Shown: positions 7,620 to 15,416, counted from the first letter of the stretch. The stretch: DNA of 36,969 nucleotides from an uncultured Eubacteriales bacterium (GCA_934481505.1 CAKSPP010000001.1:1-36969); one strand, 5' to 3'. Numbers and translations: made by a program. Notes: generated by a model not told the origin, from the sequence alone.

Positions 7620-9460
7620 TTTTTCTCCCTCCGGTTCAAAAGTAATGCCGAGTTTATAATTACGAGAACCGAGCCCGCGTTATGTACAAGTGCTCCGATA
7701 ACGGGGTTCAGTATCCCGGTTATTGCGAGAGCTATCGCAAGGAAATTAAGAGTCATCGAAAAGGTCAGGTTCAGTTTTATCGTCGTCATCATTCTTTTCG
7801 ATAACACGATAAGATGCGGCAGGCTCTTTATATCGTCGTTTACAAGGACGATATCCGCCGCGTCAACGGCGATGTCGCTGCCTATTCCGCCCATCGCAAT
7901 TCCGACCGTTGCGGCTTTTAAGGCGGGTGCGTCGTTTATTCCGTCGCCCGTCATCAGAACCCCGTTTTCGTCTCCGAATTTTTTGATAAGTGAAAGCTTG
8001 TCTTCCGGCAGACATCCCGAATAGACTTTTTCGATTCCGAGTTTTGCGGCGACTGCCGACGCGGTTTTTTCGTTGTCTCCCGTTATGAGAACAGGAGTTA
8101 CTCCGAGAGCTTTTATTTTGCCGAGAGTTTCTTTGCCGCCCTGCTTTTCGGGGTCGGTAAGTTCAATAAATCCTGCGTATTTTCCGTCGATTGCGATATG
8201 TGTTACGGTCGAACTTCCGTTTGTGATTTCGGGAAGCAAAATACCCTCTTCCTTAATCATTTCGGCGTTTCCCGCAATGACGGTTTTACCGTTTACCGTT
8301 GCTTTGACCCCTCTTCCGGGAATCATTTCGAAATTTTCGGGTTTATCGGGCTTTTGCCCGTAAGACGAAACTATCGCTTTACCTATCGGGTGTTCCGAAA
8401 GGCTTTCCGCCGCTGCGGCAAAGGCGAAAAGTTCCTCTTTTGAAAGGTCTGAAAGGACGCTTTCCGCATTTGTAACGACAGGTTTTCCCACGGTCAGCGT
8501 TCCCGTTTTGTCAAATGCCGCGGTGCCTACCGTCGCGAGTCTTTCGAGTGCGTCGCCCTCTCTTACGAGAAATCCGTGCTTTGTCGCGTTGCCGATTGCC
8601 GCCATTATCGCCGTCGGGGTCGCAAGAACCAAGGCACAGGGGCAGAAAACAACGAGAATTGTTACCGCCCTGATTATTTCGCCCGAAATTATCCATGTGA
8701 GAGCCGCCGCAGCAAGAGCGATAACGACTATCCATGTCGCCCACCTGTCGGCAATTCCGACGATTTTCGCTTTGCCTGCGTCCGCCGATTCAACAAGGCG
8801 TATCATTCTTCTTATCGAGCTGTCTTCGCCGACCTTTGTCGCACGCATTTCAAACGCTCCGAAACGGTTGACCGTTCCGCTTGAAACTTCGTCGCCCTCT
8901 TCTTTGTCGACAGGCATCGGTTCTCCCGTCATTACCGATTCGTCAACCGAGGTTTTCCCCGAAATTATAATTCCGTCGACAGGAATGCTTTCGCCCGGCA
9001 GAACCCTTAAAATATCATCTTTTTTTACATTTTCCGCCGAAACGATTTTTTCTTCGCCGTCCGAAATTCTTCTTGCGGTTCTCGGAGTCAGTTTTACGAG
9101 CTTTTCAATTCCCGCACGGGCTTTTGCGACCGTCATGTCTTCGAGCAACGCTCCGAGCTGCATGATAAATGCGACTTCTCCCGCGGCAAAGGTTTCGCCG
9201 ATAAGCACCGAGGCTATAAGTGCGAGCGAAACAAGCACATCGGCTTTGATGTCGAACGCCGTGACAAGTCCGATAATCGCTTCAAGAATTATCGGAACGC
9301 CGCAGAGAATAATTGAAACCCACGCAATATCAAACGGTAACGGCAACGCTTTCGTTATGCTCAAAACAAGCGAAATCGCCGAAATTATAAGAAAAACGAT
9401 GTCTTTTTTCGTTCCGCCCATGTCGAGAAACCGTTCAAGCTTCTCTATAATCTTTTTCAT
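7616..9460 (-). CDS. Heavy-metal translocating P1B-type ATPase with no N-terminal metal-binding domain
   Basis: DKTGTLT phosphorylation motif, CPC in TM6 ([13 protein letters not shown]), TGE-like SVMTGEP, and hinge [12 protein letters not shown]. The protein starts directly with TM helices and is 614 aa. AAGGAG lies 12 nt upstream of the ATG. Confidence 0.9.
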   Translation of the reverse strand: MKKIIEKLERFLDMGGTKKDIVFLIISAISLVLSITKALPLPFDIAWVSIILCGVPIILEAIIGLVTAFDIKADVLVSLALIASVLIGETFAAGEVAFIMQLGALLEDMTVAKARAGIEKLVKLTPRTARRISDGEEKIVSAENVKKDDILRVLPGESIPVDGIIISGKTSVDESVMTGEPMPVDKEEGDEVSSGTVNRFGAFEMRATKVGEDSSIRRMIRLVESADAGKAKIVGIADRWATWIVVIALAAAALTWIISGEIIRAVTILVVFCPCALVLATPTAIMAAIGNATKHGFLVREGDALERLATVGTAAFDKTGTLTVGKPVVTNAESVLSDLSKEELFAFAAAAESLSEHPIGKAIVSSYGQKPDKPENFEMIPGRGVKATVNGKTVIAGNAEMIKEEGILLPEITNGSSTVTHIAIDGKYAGFIELTDPEKQGGKETLGKIKALGVTPVLITGDNEKTASAVAAKLGIEKVYSGCLPEDKLSLIKKFGDENGVLMTGDGINDAPALKAATVGIAMGGIGSDIAVDAADIVLVNDDIKSLPHLIVLSKRMMTTIKLNLTFSMTLNFLAIALAITGILNPVIGALVHNAGSVLVIINSALLLNRREKK

Positions 9461-9479
9461 CTTCCGAATTTTCTCCTTT

Positions 9480-9530
9480 ATACCTAACGGGGTATAGGTA
9501 TAGTATACCCGTATGGGTATACTTTGTCAA
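9480..9530 (-). promoter_or_regulatory. ATPase promoter with two tandem CsoR-type palindromic operators
   Basis: On the minus strand, TTGACA (9525-9530)-N17-TATACT (9502-9507). Operator 1 is GTATACCC-atac-GGGTATAC (9503-9522), with perfect 8-bp arms overlapping the spacer and -10. Operator 2 is ATACCTA-taccccgt-TAGGTAT (9480-9501), over the predicted +1. Confidence 0.6.
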
Positions 9531-9550
9531 GAGGGTTTCGGAAAAAATTT

Positions 9551-9593
9551 ATAAAAAAAGACAGCAGTTATCAGCCCTCAGCCAACTGCTGCC
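9551..9593 (-). terminator. Intrinsic terminator after csoR
   Basis: On the minus strand, CAGCAGTT-14 nt loop-AACTGCTG (8 bp) is followed by TCTTTTTTTATAAATTTTTT. Confidence 0.55.
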
Positions 9594-9609
9594 CGTGATT
9601 TTATCGAAA

Positions 9610-9885
9610 TCAGCCCATATTCGCAAAACGCTCGACGGCTTTCGTGAAGTCCTCAATCGTTTTGTCCGCGTCGCCGTGTTCAATGCCGTCCTTGACGCAA
9701 TGTTTTATATGCCCCTCCAAAACGACCTGTCCGCATTTATGCAGAGCCGATTTTGCGGCGTTTATCTGTGAAAGAATGTCTTCGCAGGGGACATTTTCGT
9801 CAATCATTCTGTCGATTGCCTGAACCTGCCCTATTATTTTTTTCAGCCTTCTGTGAAGGTTTTCGGAATCCATACATTGTCTCAT
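9610..9885 (-). CDS. csoR: CsoR/RcnR-family (DUF156) metal-sensing repressor with a Cu(I)-type C-H-C fingerprint
   Basis: LHRRLKKIIGQVQAIDRMI...PCEDILSQINAAKSAL...LEGHIKHCV is the CsoR helical-bundle pattern. It has Cys (PCEDIL) and His-x3-Cys (HIKHC). The start was trimmed to the ATG at 9885, preceded by GGAGGA 7 nt upstream; the ORF-track start is 9951. Confidence 0.85.
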   Translation of the reverse strand: MRQCMDSENLHRRLKKIIGQVQAIDRMIDENVPCEDILSQINAAKSALHKCGQVVLEGHIKHCVKDGIEHGDADKTIEDFTKAVERFANMG

Positions 9886-9906
9886 TTCAAGTCCTCCGTT
9901 TCGTAT

Positions 9907-9935
9907 ATTATAGCGACTTTTTTTTGAAAAGTCAA
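9907..9935 (-). promoter_or_regulatory. Putative csoR promoter
   Basis: On the minus strand, TTGACT (9930-9935)-N17-TATAAT (9907-9912). The spacer contains an A8 run (T8 at 9918-9925 on the + strand). No CsoR-like palindrome is visible. Confidence 0.55.
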
Positions 9936-9944
9936 GACTTGCTA

Positions 9945-9973
9945 TTGTCATTCGGAGGGGAAAGTGATATAAT
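9945..9973 (+). promoter_or_regulatory. Putative promoter of the second MATE gene, back-to-back with the csoR promoter
   Basis: TTGTCA (9945-9950)-N17-TATAAT (9968-9973), about 25 nt upstream of the ATG at 9999. Its -35 lies only 9 bp from the divergent csoR -35. Confidence 0.55.
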
Positions 9974-9998
9974 TATCCCGTCAGAAAGAAGGAATAAA

Positions 9999-11390
9999 AT
10001 GGAAAAGACAGTGAAAAAACGCGGTCTTGATATGTTGAACGGTCCGATATGGAACAAACTGCCGATTTTCGCTTTGCCTGTTGCCGCAACGGCAATATTG
10101 GAACAGCTTTTCAACGCGTCGGACGTCGCCGTAGTCGGGAATTTCGCAGGCTCGGATAAAACGCTTGCGGTCGCGGCGGTCGGTGCAAACACCGCTATCA
10201 TAAGTCTTATAATAAATCTGTTTGTCGGAATTGCCCTCGGTGCAAATGTCGTTATCGCAAACGCAATAGGAAGAGGGGATAAAGGAGCCGTCAAAAGGGC
10301 GGTCAGCACCTCTATATTGATTTCCGCTATAGGCGGACTTATCGTCTGCGTTCTCGGAGAAATTGTCGCCGCTCCTCTTATGCGGCTTTTGCAGGTGCCC
10401 GAAGACGTTTTCCCCTCTGCACTTTTATATTTAAGAATATACCTTGCGGGTATGCCCGTTATCCTTCTTTATAATTTCGAAGCAGCGATTTTCAGAAGCG
10501 TCGGAGACACGAAAACTCCGCTTATCGCCCTTGCTTCGTCGGGCGTTCTGAATGTCATCTTAAATCTGTTTTTTGTTATAGTTCTCAAAATGACGGTAAA
10601 CGGGGTCGCAATAGCAACCGTCGTTTCAAACGCTTTAAGTTCCGCCGTGCTGTTTATCAGACTTTTGCATACCGATAAAGAGATAAAAGTCGAAATGAAA
10701 AATCTGAAATTCGACGGAGCGGCTTTCAAAAAAATAATAAGAATAGGGCTCCCGGCAGGAATTCAGGGAGCGGTTTTCGCTCTTTCGAATATCATAATTC
10801 AGTCTGCGATAAACAGCCTCGGCAAGGTCGTTATGGCGGCGTCGAGTGCGGCTTACAATATCGAAATTTTAGCGTATGACGTCCTTAATTCTTTCAGCCA
10901 GGCGTGCACGACTTTCGTCGGTCAGAATTTCGGGGCAAGAAAAATCGACCGCTGCAAAAAAACGCTTTATCTTTGTCTTTTGGAAGACCTTATCGCGACT
11001 CTTTCCGCGGTCGGACTCGTGCTTCTTTTCGGAAAATTTTTGCTTTCGCTTTTTAACTCCGACCCGGAGGTTATCGATATAGGTTATACCCGCCTTGCAA
11101 TAATTCTTTCCGCTTATGTTTTCAGTATGATTTACGACGTCATTTCGGGATATCTGCGAGGCTTCGGAATTTCGCTTGTCCCGTCGCTTTTAACTATCGT
11201 CGGCGTCTGCGGAATACGAATTTTCTGGATAAGCGTGATTTTCCCGCAAAGCCCGACTTTCAGAACGATTATGAACGTCTACCCCGTAAGCCTCGGAACG
11301 ACGGCACTTTTAATCTTCCTGTCGCTCCTCTTCTACCGCCCGGCAAAAAAATATTCGAAACAAACCCGGGACGAAGCGGCTCAGGCATAA
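9999..11390 (+). CDS. MATE-family efflux transporter (second, divergent paralogue)
   Basis: MEKTVKKRGLDMLNGPIWNKLPIFALPVAATAILEQLFNASDVAVVGNF and FRSVGDTKTPL are typical MATE motifs, with about 12 TM helices. The ORF-track N-terminal extension (from 9753) overlaps csoR and its promoter, so it was trimmed. Confidence 0.9.
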   Translation: MEKTVKKRGLDMLNGPIWNKLPIFALPVAATAILEQLFNASDVAVVGNFAGSDKTLAVAAVGANTAIISLIINLFVGIALGANVVIANAIGRGDKGAVKRAVSTSILISAIGGLIVCVLGEIVAAPLMRLLQVPEDVFPSALLYLRIYLAGMPVILLYNFEAAIFRSVGDTKTPLIALASSGVLNVILNLFFVIVLKMTVNGVAIATVVSNALSSAVLFIRLLHTDKEIKVEMKNLKFDGAAFKKIIRIGLPAGIQGAVFALSNIIIQSAINSLGKVVMAASSAAYNIEILAYDVLNSFSQACTTFVGQNFGARKIDRCKKTLYLCLLEDLIATLSAVGLVLLFGKFLLSLFNSDPEVIDIGYTRLAIILSAYVFSMIYDVISGYLRGFGISLVPSLLTIVGVCGIRIFWISVIFPQSPTFRTIMNVYPVSLGTTALLIFLSLLFYRPAKKYSKQTRDEAAQA

Positions 11391-11416
11391 AAATTGCGTT
11401 GTTGTATTTTAAGCAT

Positions 11417-11452
11417 AAAAAAGCACCCTCACGGGTGCTTTTGTCTTTATTT
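11417..11452. terminator. Bidirectional intrinsic terminator
   Basis: AAAAGCACCC-tcac-GGGTGCTTTT followed by GTCTTTATTTT, with an A-run on the other side. It lies between the convergent MATE (+) and wzx (-) genes. Confidence 0.75.
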
Positions 11453-11480
11453 TAGCTCAATCACAACAGATGACTTGCGA

Positions 11481-13001
11481 CTATTCAGTTTTATGATTTT
11501 TTCTTCTGCCTAAGAATTTTTTTACGGCAGCTTTTTCGGCGGCACTTGCTCCGAATGTGAAATACTGAACGGCAAACAGCACAACAAAGACGATTCCGCC
11601 TATAAACAGCTGCAGATATTTATTCGGCAGGAACGATGTAACAATAAGGCTTATGCAAGCCGCCGCGATATACGGAATAAGCAGCCCTTTATAACTTTGT
11701 CCGAAAAGGTAGCCTATGCTTAATCCGATTTTTTTGCTGTAATAAAGATTTACGAGAATCGTCTGCAAAATAAGAGCAAGTCCCGTTGCCGCCGCAGCCC
11801 CGACCATTCCGATATATTTTATCGCAAATATCGTCAGAATAATGTTCAGGGTTGTCGTTCCGAGCAATATAAGGGAACGGACATGTCTCTTTCGCATGAC
11901 ATCAAGGACGTTCATTGCCGCAGCGTTCGTCATATTGACAAACATCGGAAGCATTATGATTATTGCATAAAGCCATGAGACGGAATAGCTGTCTCCGTAA
12001 ACAATTTCGACGAAAGGTCGTCCGACGCATAAAAATCCGAAAGCCACAGCCCCGGAAATCAGAACATTGAGCCTGCACGGCCTGACAAGTGTTTCGGTAA
12101 GTTCTCTTCCGGAAAGTCCCGCCTTGATACTTTTTGCAATGGCAGGCATAAACATCGTTACCGGCAGAGTTGCTATCGACGAAAACATCGAAAACATACT
12201 CATCGAAACCGAATATACCGAGACGTCTTCCGGCGTCATCATAATGCTGATAAGGAACCTGTCGACGCTTGTATTCGCCGTGTTGACAATGGTTTGCAGC
12301 ATCATCGCGAACGCAAGCGGAAGCATTTGCTTAAAGACGGTCTTATCGAAATATTTCGGTATGAATTGTGCGTGAAATTTAATTACACAGTATAGGAATG
12401 TGATTACAAAACAGGTTATCGACAGTATAAAATCTACGATAACAACAAGAAAAACATTCTGCTGCCATTGAAGCAGGACTATAAGAAGCCCCGTTCTCAA
12501 AAGAAGTTTTATTGTGTCGATAAGCTTTCCGAAAACATAATTTTCATAGCCTATAAGAAAGCCGTTCAAAGGCTGCGTTATAAACCCGAAAATAAGAGTT
12601 CCCGCGGCAAAAAGAAATATTTTCTTCCCGAAAACAATCTGTTCGGGGGTCAAAGACACCGCATAGACCGAATCTATTACCGACCAGAAAACTATTGCCG
12701 CAATAGAGATTGCAAATCCGAGAATCAAGGTTACTGTCCAGATAGTCGAAGTGCTTTTTCGGATATTTTCCTCTTCGCTGCCGTCCTTTTTGCAAAGAGA
12801 AATGTTCCTTGTCATTATCGCACCCATTCCGAATTCCAGAAGGATGAGATATGACATAAAAGCTGTCATTGACTGATATACGCCGTAATCGGTCTGCCCG
12901 ACTGTCCGAATGATAAACGCGGACATGAAAATGCCGATAACGGTATTCAGAACAAGATACAGATAAGAAAGGGTAAGCCCTTTGCTTCTTCCGCTTTTCA
13001 T
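11481..13001 (-). CDS. wzx: Oligosaccharide/polysaccharide flippase (Wzx, MOP superfamily)
   Basis: 506 aa and about 12-14 TM helices, with composition and length typical of polysaccharide biosynthesis protein/Wzx. ATGA overlap with the upstream gene. It sits in a glycan-modification operon. Confidence 0.78.
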   Translation of the reverse strand: MKSGRSKGLTLSYLYLVLNTVIGIFMSAFIIRTVGQTDYGVYQSMTAFMSYLILLEFGMGAIMTRNISLCKKDGSEEENIRKSTSTIWTVTLILGFAISIAAIVFWSVIDSVYAVSLTPEQIVFGKKIFLFAAGTLIFGFITQPLNGFLIGYENYVFGKLIDTIKLLLRTGLLIVLLQWQQNVFLVVIVDFILSITCFVITFLYCVIKFHAQFIPKYFDKTVFKQMLPLAFAMMLQTIVNTANTSVDRFLISIMMTPEDVSVYSVSMSMFSMFSSIATLPVTMFMPAIAKSIKAGLSGRELTETLVRPCRLNVLISGAVAFGFLCVGRPFVEIVYGDSYSVSWLYAIIIMLPMFVNMTNAAAMNVLDVMRKRHVRSLILLGTTTLNIILTIFAIKYIGMVGAAAATGLALILQTILVNLYYSKKIGLSIGYLFGQSYKGLLIPYIAAACISLIVTSFLPNKYLQLFIGGIVFVVLFAVQYFTFGASAAEKAAVKKFLGRRKNHKTE

Positions 13002-14164
13002 AGTTTTTTAATACCTGTTTTTCTTAAAAATAATACAAACCGTATTTTACTTTTTATATAAAATGATTTTCCTCCGGACGGCATCCCCGCGGAAATCGCC
13101 GCAGCCCGAAGCCCCTTTTCGGATAGGGTTTTGATAAAAAGTTTTCTCTTTTCCGCCTTTTCGGGTGTGAGAGCGGCTTTCGCCCTGCAATTATAGGACG
13201 CCGCATGAAGGTCGACGGGTTCGAGCGTTACTTCCTGCGAAATTTCTTTGAGAACGGTTTCTCCTTTTTGACTGTTTACCAGAATAAGAGACAGTCCGGT
13301 AAAATCGTTTTTGAGAGACGATAATTCATATTTCCAGAAATCCGCAAGAATAAGATCCGAATAATGATTGTTTATAAACTTGCAGTCAAAGCAGTTTTCG
13401 CGGTTTATCAGATGAGTGTAGATAAAAGAATGAAAATACGGATCAATTTCGGCGGGCGAAAGATATTCTTTCCCGTTTTCAAAGGTTATTGAAATCCCGT
13501 GTCTGCCCCAGCCGAATTTTTTTGTTCTGAAATTTACGCTTTTCGTTTTTGAGCCGTATTTTTTTTCAAGTGCTGAAAGATAATCGTCAAAAACCTTGTG
13601 CGACGGAAATCCTCCGCAGGCAAAATCGCAGGTGAGGAGATTATCGTAATCTTTTTCAAGATATCTTTTAAGCCCCGCAACCTGACAGGGAGCCCCGCAG
13701 AAAAGAACCTGACGCCCTGTCTTCAAAATGTTTTTAATCTCGGAAAAAGTGTTACCGACAAGGCTTTCGGTATATTTGCTTCTTCTTATTTCGTCAAGGT
13801 CAAATTCGTCGGTTGAACCGAAAATGACGGAATGGAGGTCCTTTGAATAAACCGCCCCGAAAACAACACCGCCTTTTTTGAGAATAAGGTCGGCGACTGC
13901 GGAAAAAATACCGCCCGAAGAGCTTTTCGCAACAGTTTCTTTGTCCTTTGCAAAACCGCCGTATGCCGCGGAAAGGTTCTGAACCTCGCGTTCGTTGTTC
14001 CAAGGACAGACCTCGACGCACCTGCCGCAGTCAACGCACTTTTTCTCGTCTACTCCGACTTCGTAAAAAAGTCCGCCGTTGTCGACAGCGATAGCTTTTG
14101 TCGGGCAGATATTAAGGCAGGCTCCGCAATTTGAACATCCGTTAAACCGGGAAATATTATTCAT
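12998..14164 (-). CDS. FrhB/FdhB-like (coenzyme F420 hydrogenase/dehydrogenase beta-subunit family) Fe-S flavoprotein
   Basis: The N-terminus carries two 4Fe-4S ferredoxin motifs, CSNCGACLNICP and CVDCGRCVEVCP. These are followed by SSSGGIFSAVADLILKKGGVVFGA, typical of the FrhB N-domain, and a Cys-rich C-domain. AAGGAG lies 10 nt upstream of the ATG. Confidence 0.78.
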   Translation of the reverse strand: MNNISRFNGCSNCGACLNICPTKAIAVDNGGLFYEVGVDEKKCVDCGRCVEVCPWNNEREVQNLSAAYGGFAKDKETVAKSSSGGIFSAVADLILKKGGVVFGAVYSKDLHSVIFGSTDEFDLDEIRRSKYTESLVGNTFSEIKNILKTGRQVLFCGAPCQVAGLKRYLEKDYDNLLTCDFACGGFPSHKVFDDYLSALEKKYGSKTKSVNFRTKKFGWGRHGISITFENGKEYLSPAEIDPYFHSFIYTHLINRENCFDCKFINNHYSDLILADFWKYELSSLKNDFTGLSLILVNSQKGETVLKEISQEVTLEPVDLHAASYNCRAKAALTPEKAEKRKLFIKTLSEKGLRAAAISAGMPSGGKSFYIKSKIRFVLFLRKTGIKKL

Positions 14165-15212
14165 CGGTTAAAATCTCCTTCAGATATCCGATTCCTTTTG
14201 CCTTTTCTTCTTCGATTTTTTTATTGACAGCCTCATAATCTATATGAGAACGGGAAAGTTCTTCTATTGACGGCGGAGTGATACCGAGAGTTTGCAGAAG
14301 TGAAGAAATTCTCGACGGAGAAGACGGGTTTATGACTGCGGAGAAATCCTTGTTGAGGATCGAAGAAATAGCAACTCCGTGGAAAGACGACGTCACAACC
14401 GCTTCCGCATGGTCGATAAGCCAAAGGAATTCTTCAATTCCCGCGTCGGAAACGGTTTTGCTTCCGTATGCACTGCTCCATCCGTTCTTTATCGTTACGA
14501 TTTCATATCCCGTTTCTTTTTTGAGTTTTTTTAAGAGCGGGTTGTATTTTTTATTCCAATACAAAGGATATACGAAAATATATTTCCCCTTTATATCATA
14601 TTTCTTTTCAAGTTTTCGCCATTCTTCGGCGGAAAGGAAAAATGTCGGGTCGATATTTATATCGATTTTGCCGTTATAATATTTTTTTATAACTTCCGCG
14701 TCGTCCGCTTCTCTTACGGATATACGGTCGAAATTGTTTACAAGCCTTGCGAATTCTTCTTCTTTTTCCTTTTTTACGGCGGTCACTCCCATGCTTGCGG
14801 CATAAGAAACGCGTTTTTTTTCGGGGCAGAAATCAAGGAAAAATACGGGGGAACACACATCGGGATTGAATATCTGGTCGCTTCCTGCAATACAGATATC
14901 CGCGTCGATATTCAGCTTTTTTATATCCTCATAGGAATCGTATCTCCGAACATCCAGATTCGAAGAAATAAATTCCGAGCTTTTGATAAATCTGCGGTGT
15001 CTTTTCGAAGCGTTAAGGCTGCCGTAAAGATTTTTTATGAAAATTTTCGGGTTTTTCGAAAACAGACGCCCGGCGGTTTCTCTTTCCTTGTAATCGGTGA
15101 CTGTAAAACTGTCGCATTCGAGTTTTTCAAGTTGCTTTTTCAGAGCGTAAGACTGCAAAACCGAGCCGTAGCTTGCCCATGTGCATAAGGTTGTTATCAA
15201 AGCATTTTTCAT
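14157..15212 (-). CDS. Polysaccharide pyruvyl transferase family protein
   Basis: The N-terminus MKNALITTLCTWASYGSVLQSYALKKQLE resembles the (N/S)YG..LQ.YAL start of the CsaB/WcaK-type family. It is 351 aa and is translationally coupled (8-nt overlap) to the FrhB-like gene, a pairing seen in other glycan loci. Confidence 0.78.
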   Translation of the reverse strand: MKNALITTLCTWASYGSVLQSYALKKQLEKLECDSFTVTDYKERETAGRLFSKNPKIFIKNLYGSLNASKRHRRFIKSSEFISSNLDVRRYDSYEDIKKLNIDADICIAGSDQIFNPDVCSPVFFLDFCPEKKRVSYAASMGVTAVKKEKEEEFARLVNNFDRISVREADDAEVIKKYYNGKIDINIDPTFFLSAEEWRKLEKKYDIKGKYIFVYPLYWNKKYNPLLKKLKKETGYEIVTIKNGWSSAYGSKTVSDAGIEEFLWLIDHAEAVVTSSFHGVAISSILNKDFSAVINPSSPSRISSLLQTLGITPPSIEELSRSHIDYEAVNKKIEEEKAKGIGYLKEILTDE

Positions 15213-15218
15213 ACAGCA

Positions 15219-15247
15219 ATTATACGGAAAGACCGTCTTCCTTTTCA
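15219..15247 (-). promoter_or_regulatory. Putative promoter that would give a leaderless pyruvyl-transferase mRNA
   Basis: On the minus strand, TGAAAA-N17-TATAAT. The TATAAT ends 6 nt before the ATG (TATAATtgctgtATG) and there is no Shine-Dalgarno. The -35 is weak. Confidence 0.35.
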
Positions 15248-15252
15248 GAAAT

Positions 15253-15291
15253 TAAAAAAGCCGCAGACCGTAAAAAACGGTTTACGGCTTT
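15253..15291 (-). terminator. Intrinsic terminator after tRNA-Arg(CCT)
   Basis: On the minus strand, AAAGCCG...CGGCTTT outer stem with an inner ACCG/CGGT stem, followed by a T6 run. Confidence 0.6.
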
Positions 15292-15368
15292 TGGCGTTCC
15301 CGAGGTGATTCGAACACCCGACCTACCGCTTAGGAGGCGGTCGCTCTATCCTGCTGAGCTACGGAAAC
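15292..15368 (-). tRNA. tRNA-Arg (anticodon CCT), CCA-encoded
   Basis: Hand-folded cloverleaf: acceptor GTTTCCG/CGGGAAC, D-stem GCTC/GAGC, anticodon stem ACCGC/GCGGT with loop CTCCTAA, T-arm GGGTG-TTCGAAT-CACCT, discriminator G plus CCA. 77 nt. Confidence 0.9.
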
Positions 15369-15387
15369 ATACTGTTCGTTTTTTGTC

Positions 15388-15416
15388 AGTATATCATATT
15401 TCCCTTTCATTTTCAA
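15388..15416 (-). promoter_or_regulatory. Putative promoter of tRNA-Arg(CCT)
   Basis: On the minus strand, TTGAAA-N17-TATACT with an extended -10 TGA. It ends about 20 nt upstream of the mature 5' end. Confidence 0.55.

Noticed and set aside
8508-9497. A 329-aa plus-strand ORF inside the P-type ATPase locus; smaller ones lie at 8073-8363 and 8576-8884.
   Set aside because: It is antisense to the ATPase, which carries DKTGT, CPC and GDGINDAP. The product is an S/A/I/T-rich low-complexity string that runs into the promoter/operator region.
9753-9998. Long N-terminal extensions in the ORF track: MATE from 9753, glgB from 15572, glgA from 19846, LRR protein from 31475, MerR from 6091, csoR to 9951, dapL to 35508, dapF to 36343, thioredoxin-like from 25929, LCP from 26511, and the hypothetical from 29905.
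   Set aside because: In each case an internal start has a proper Shine-Dalgarno and matches the family N-terminus or a signal peptide. The extensions overlap promoters, terminators or neighbouring genes.
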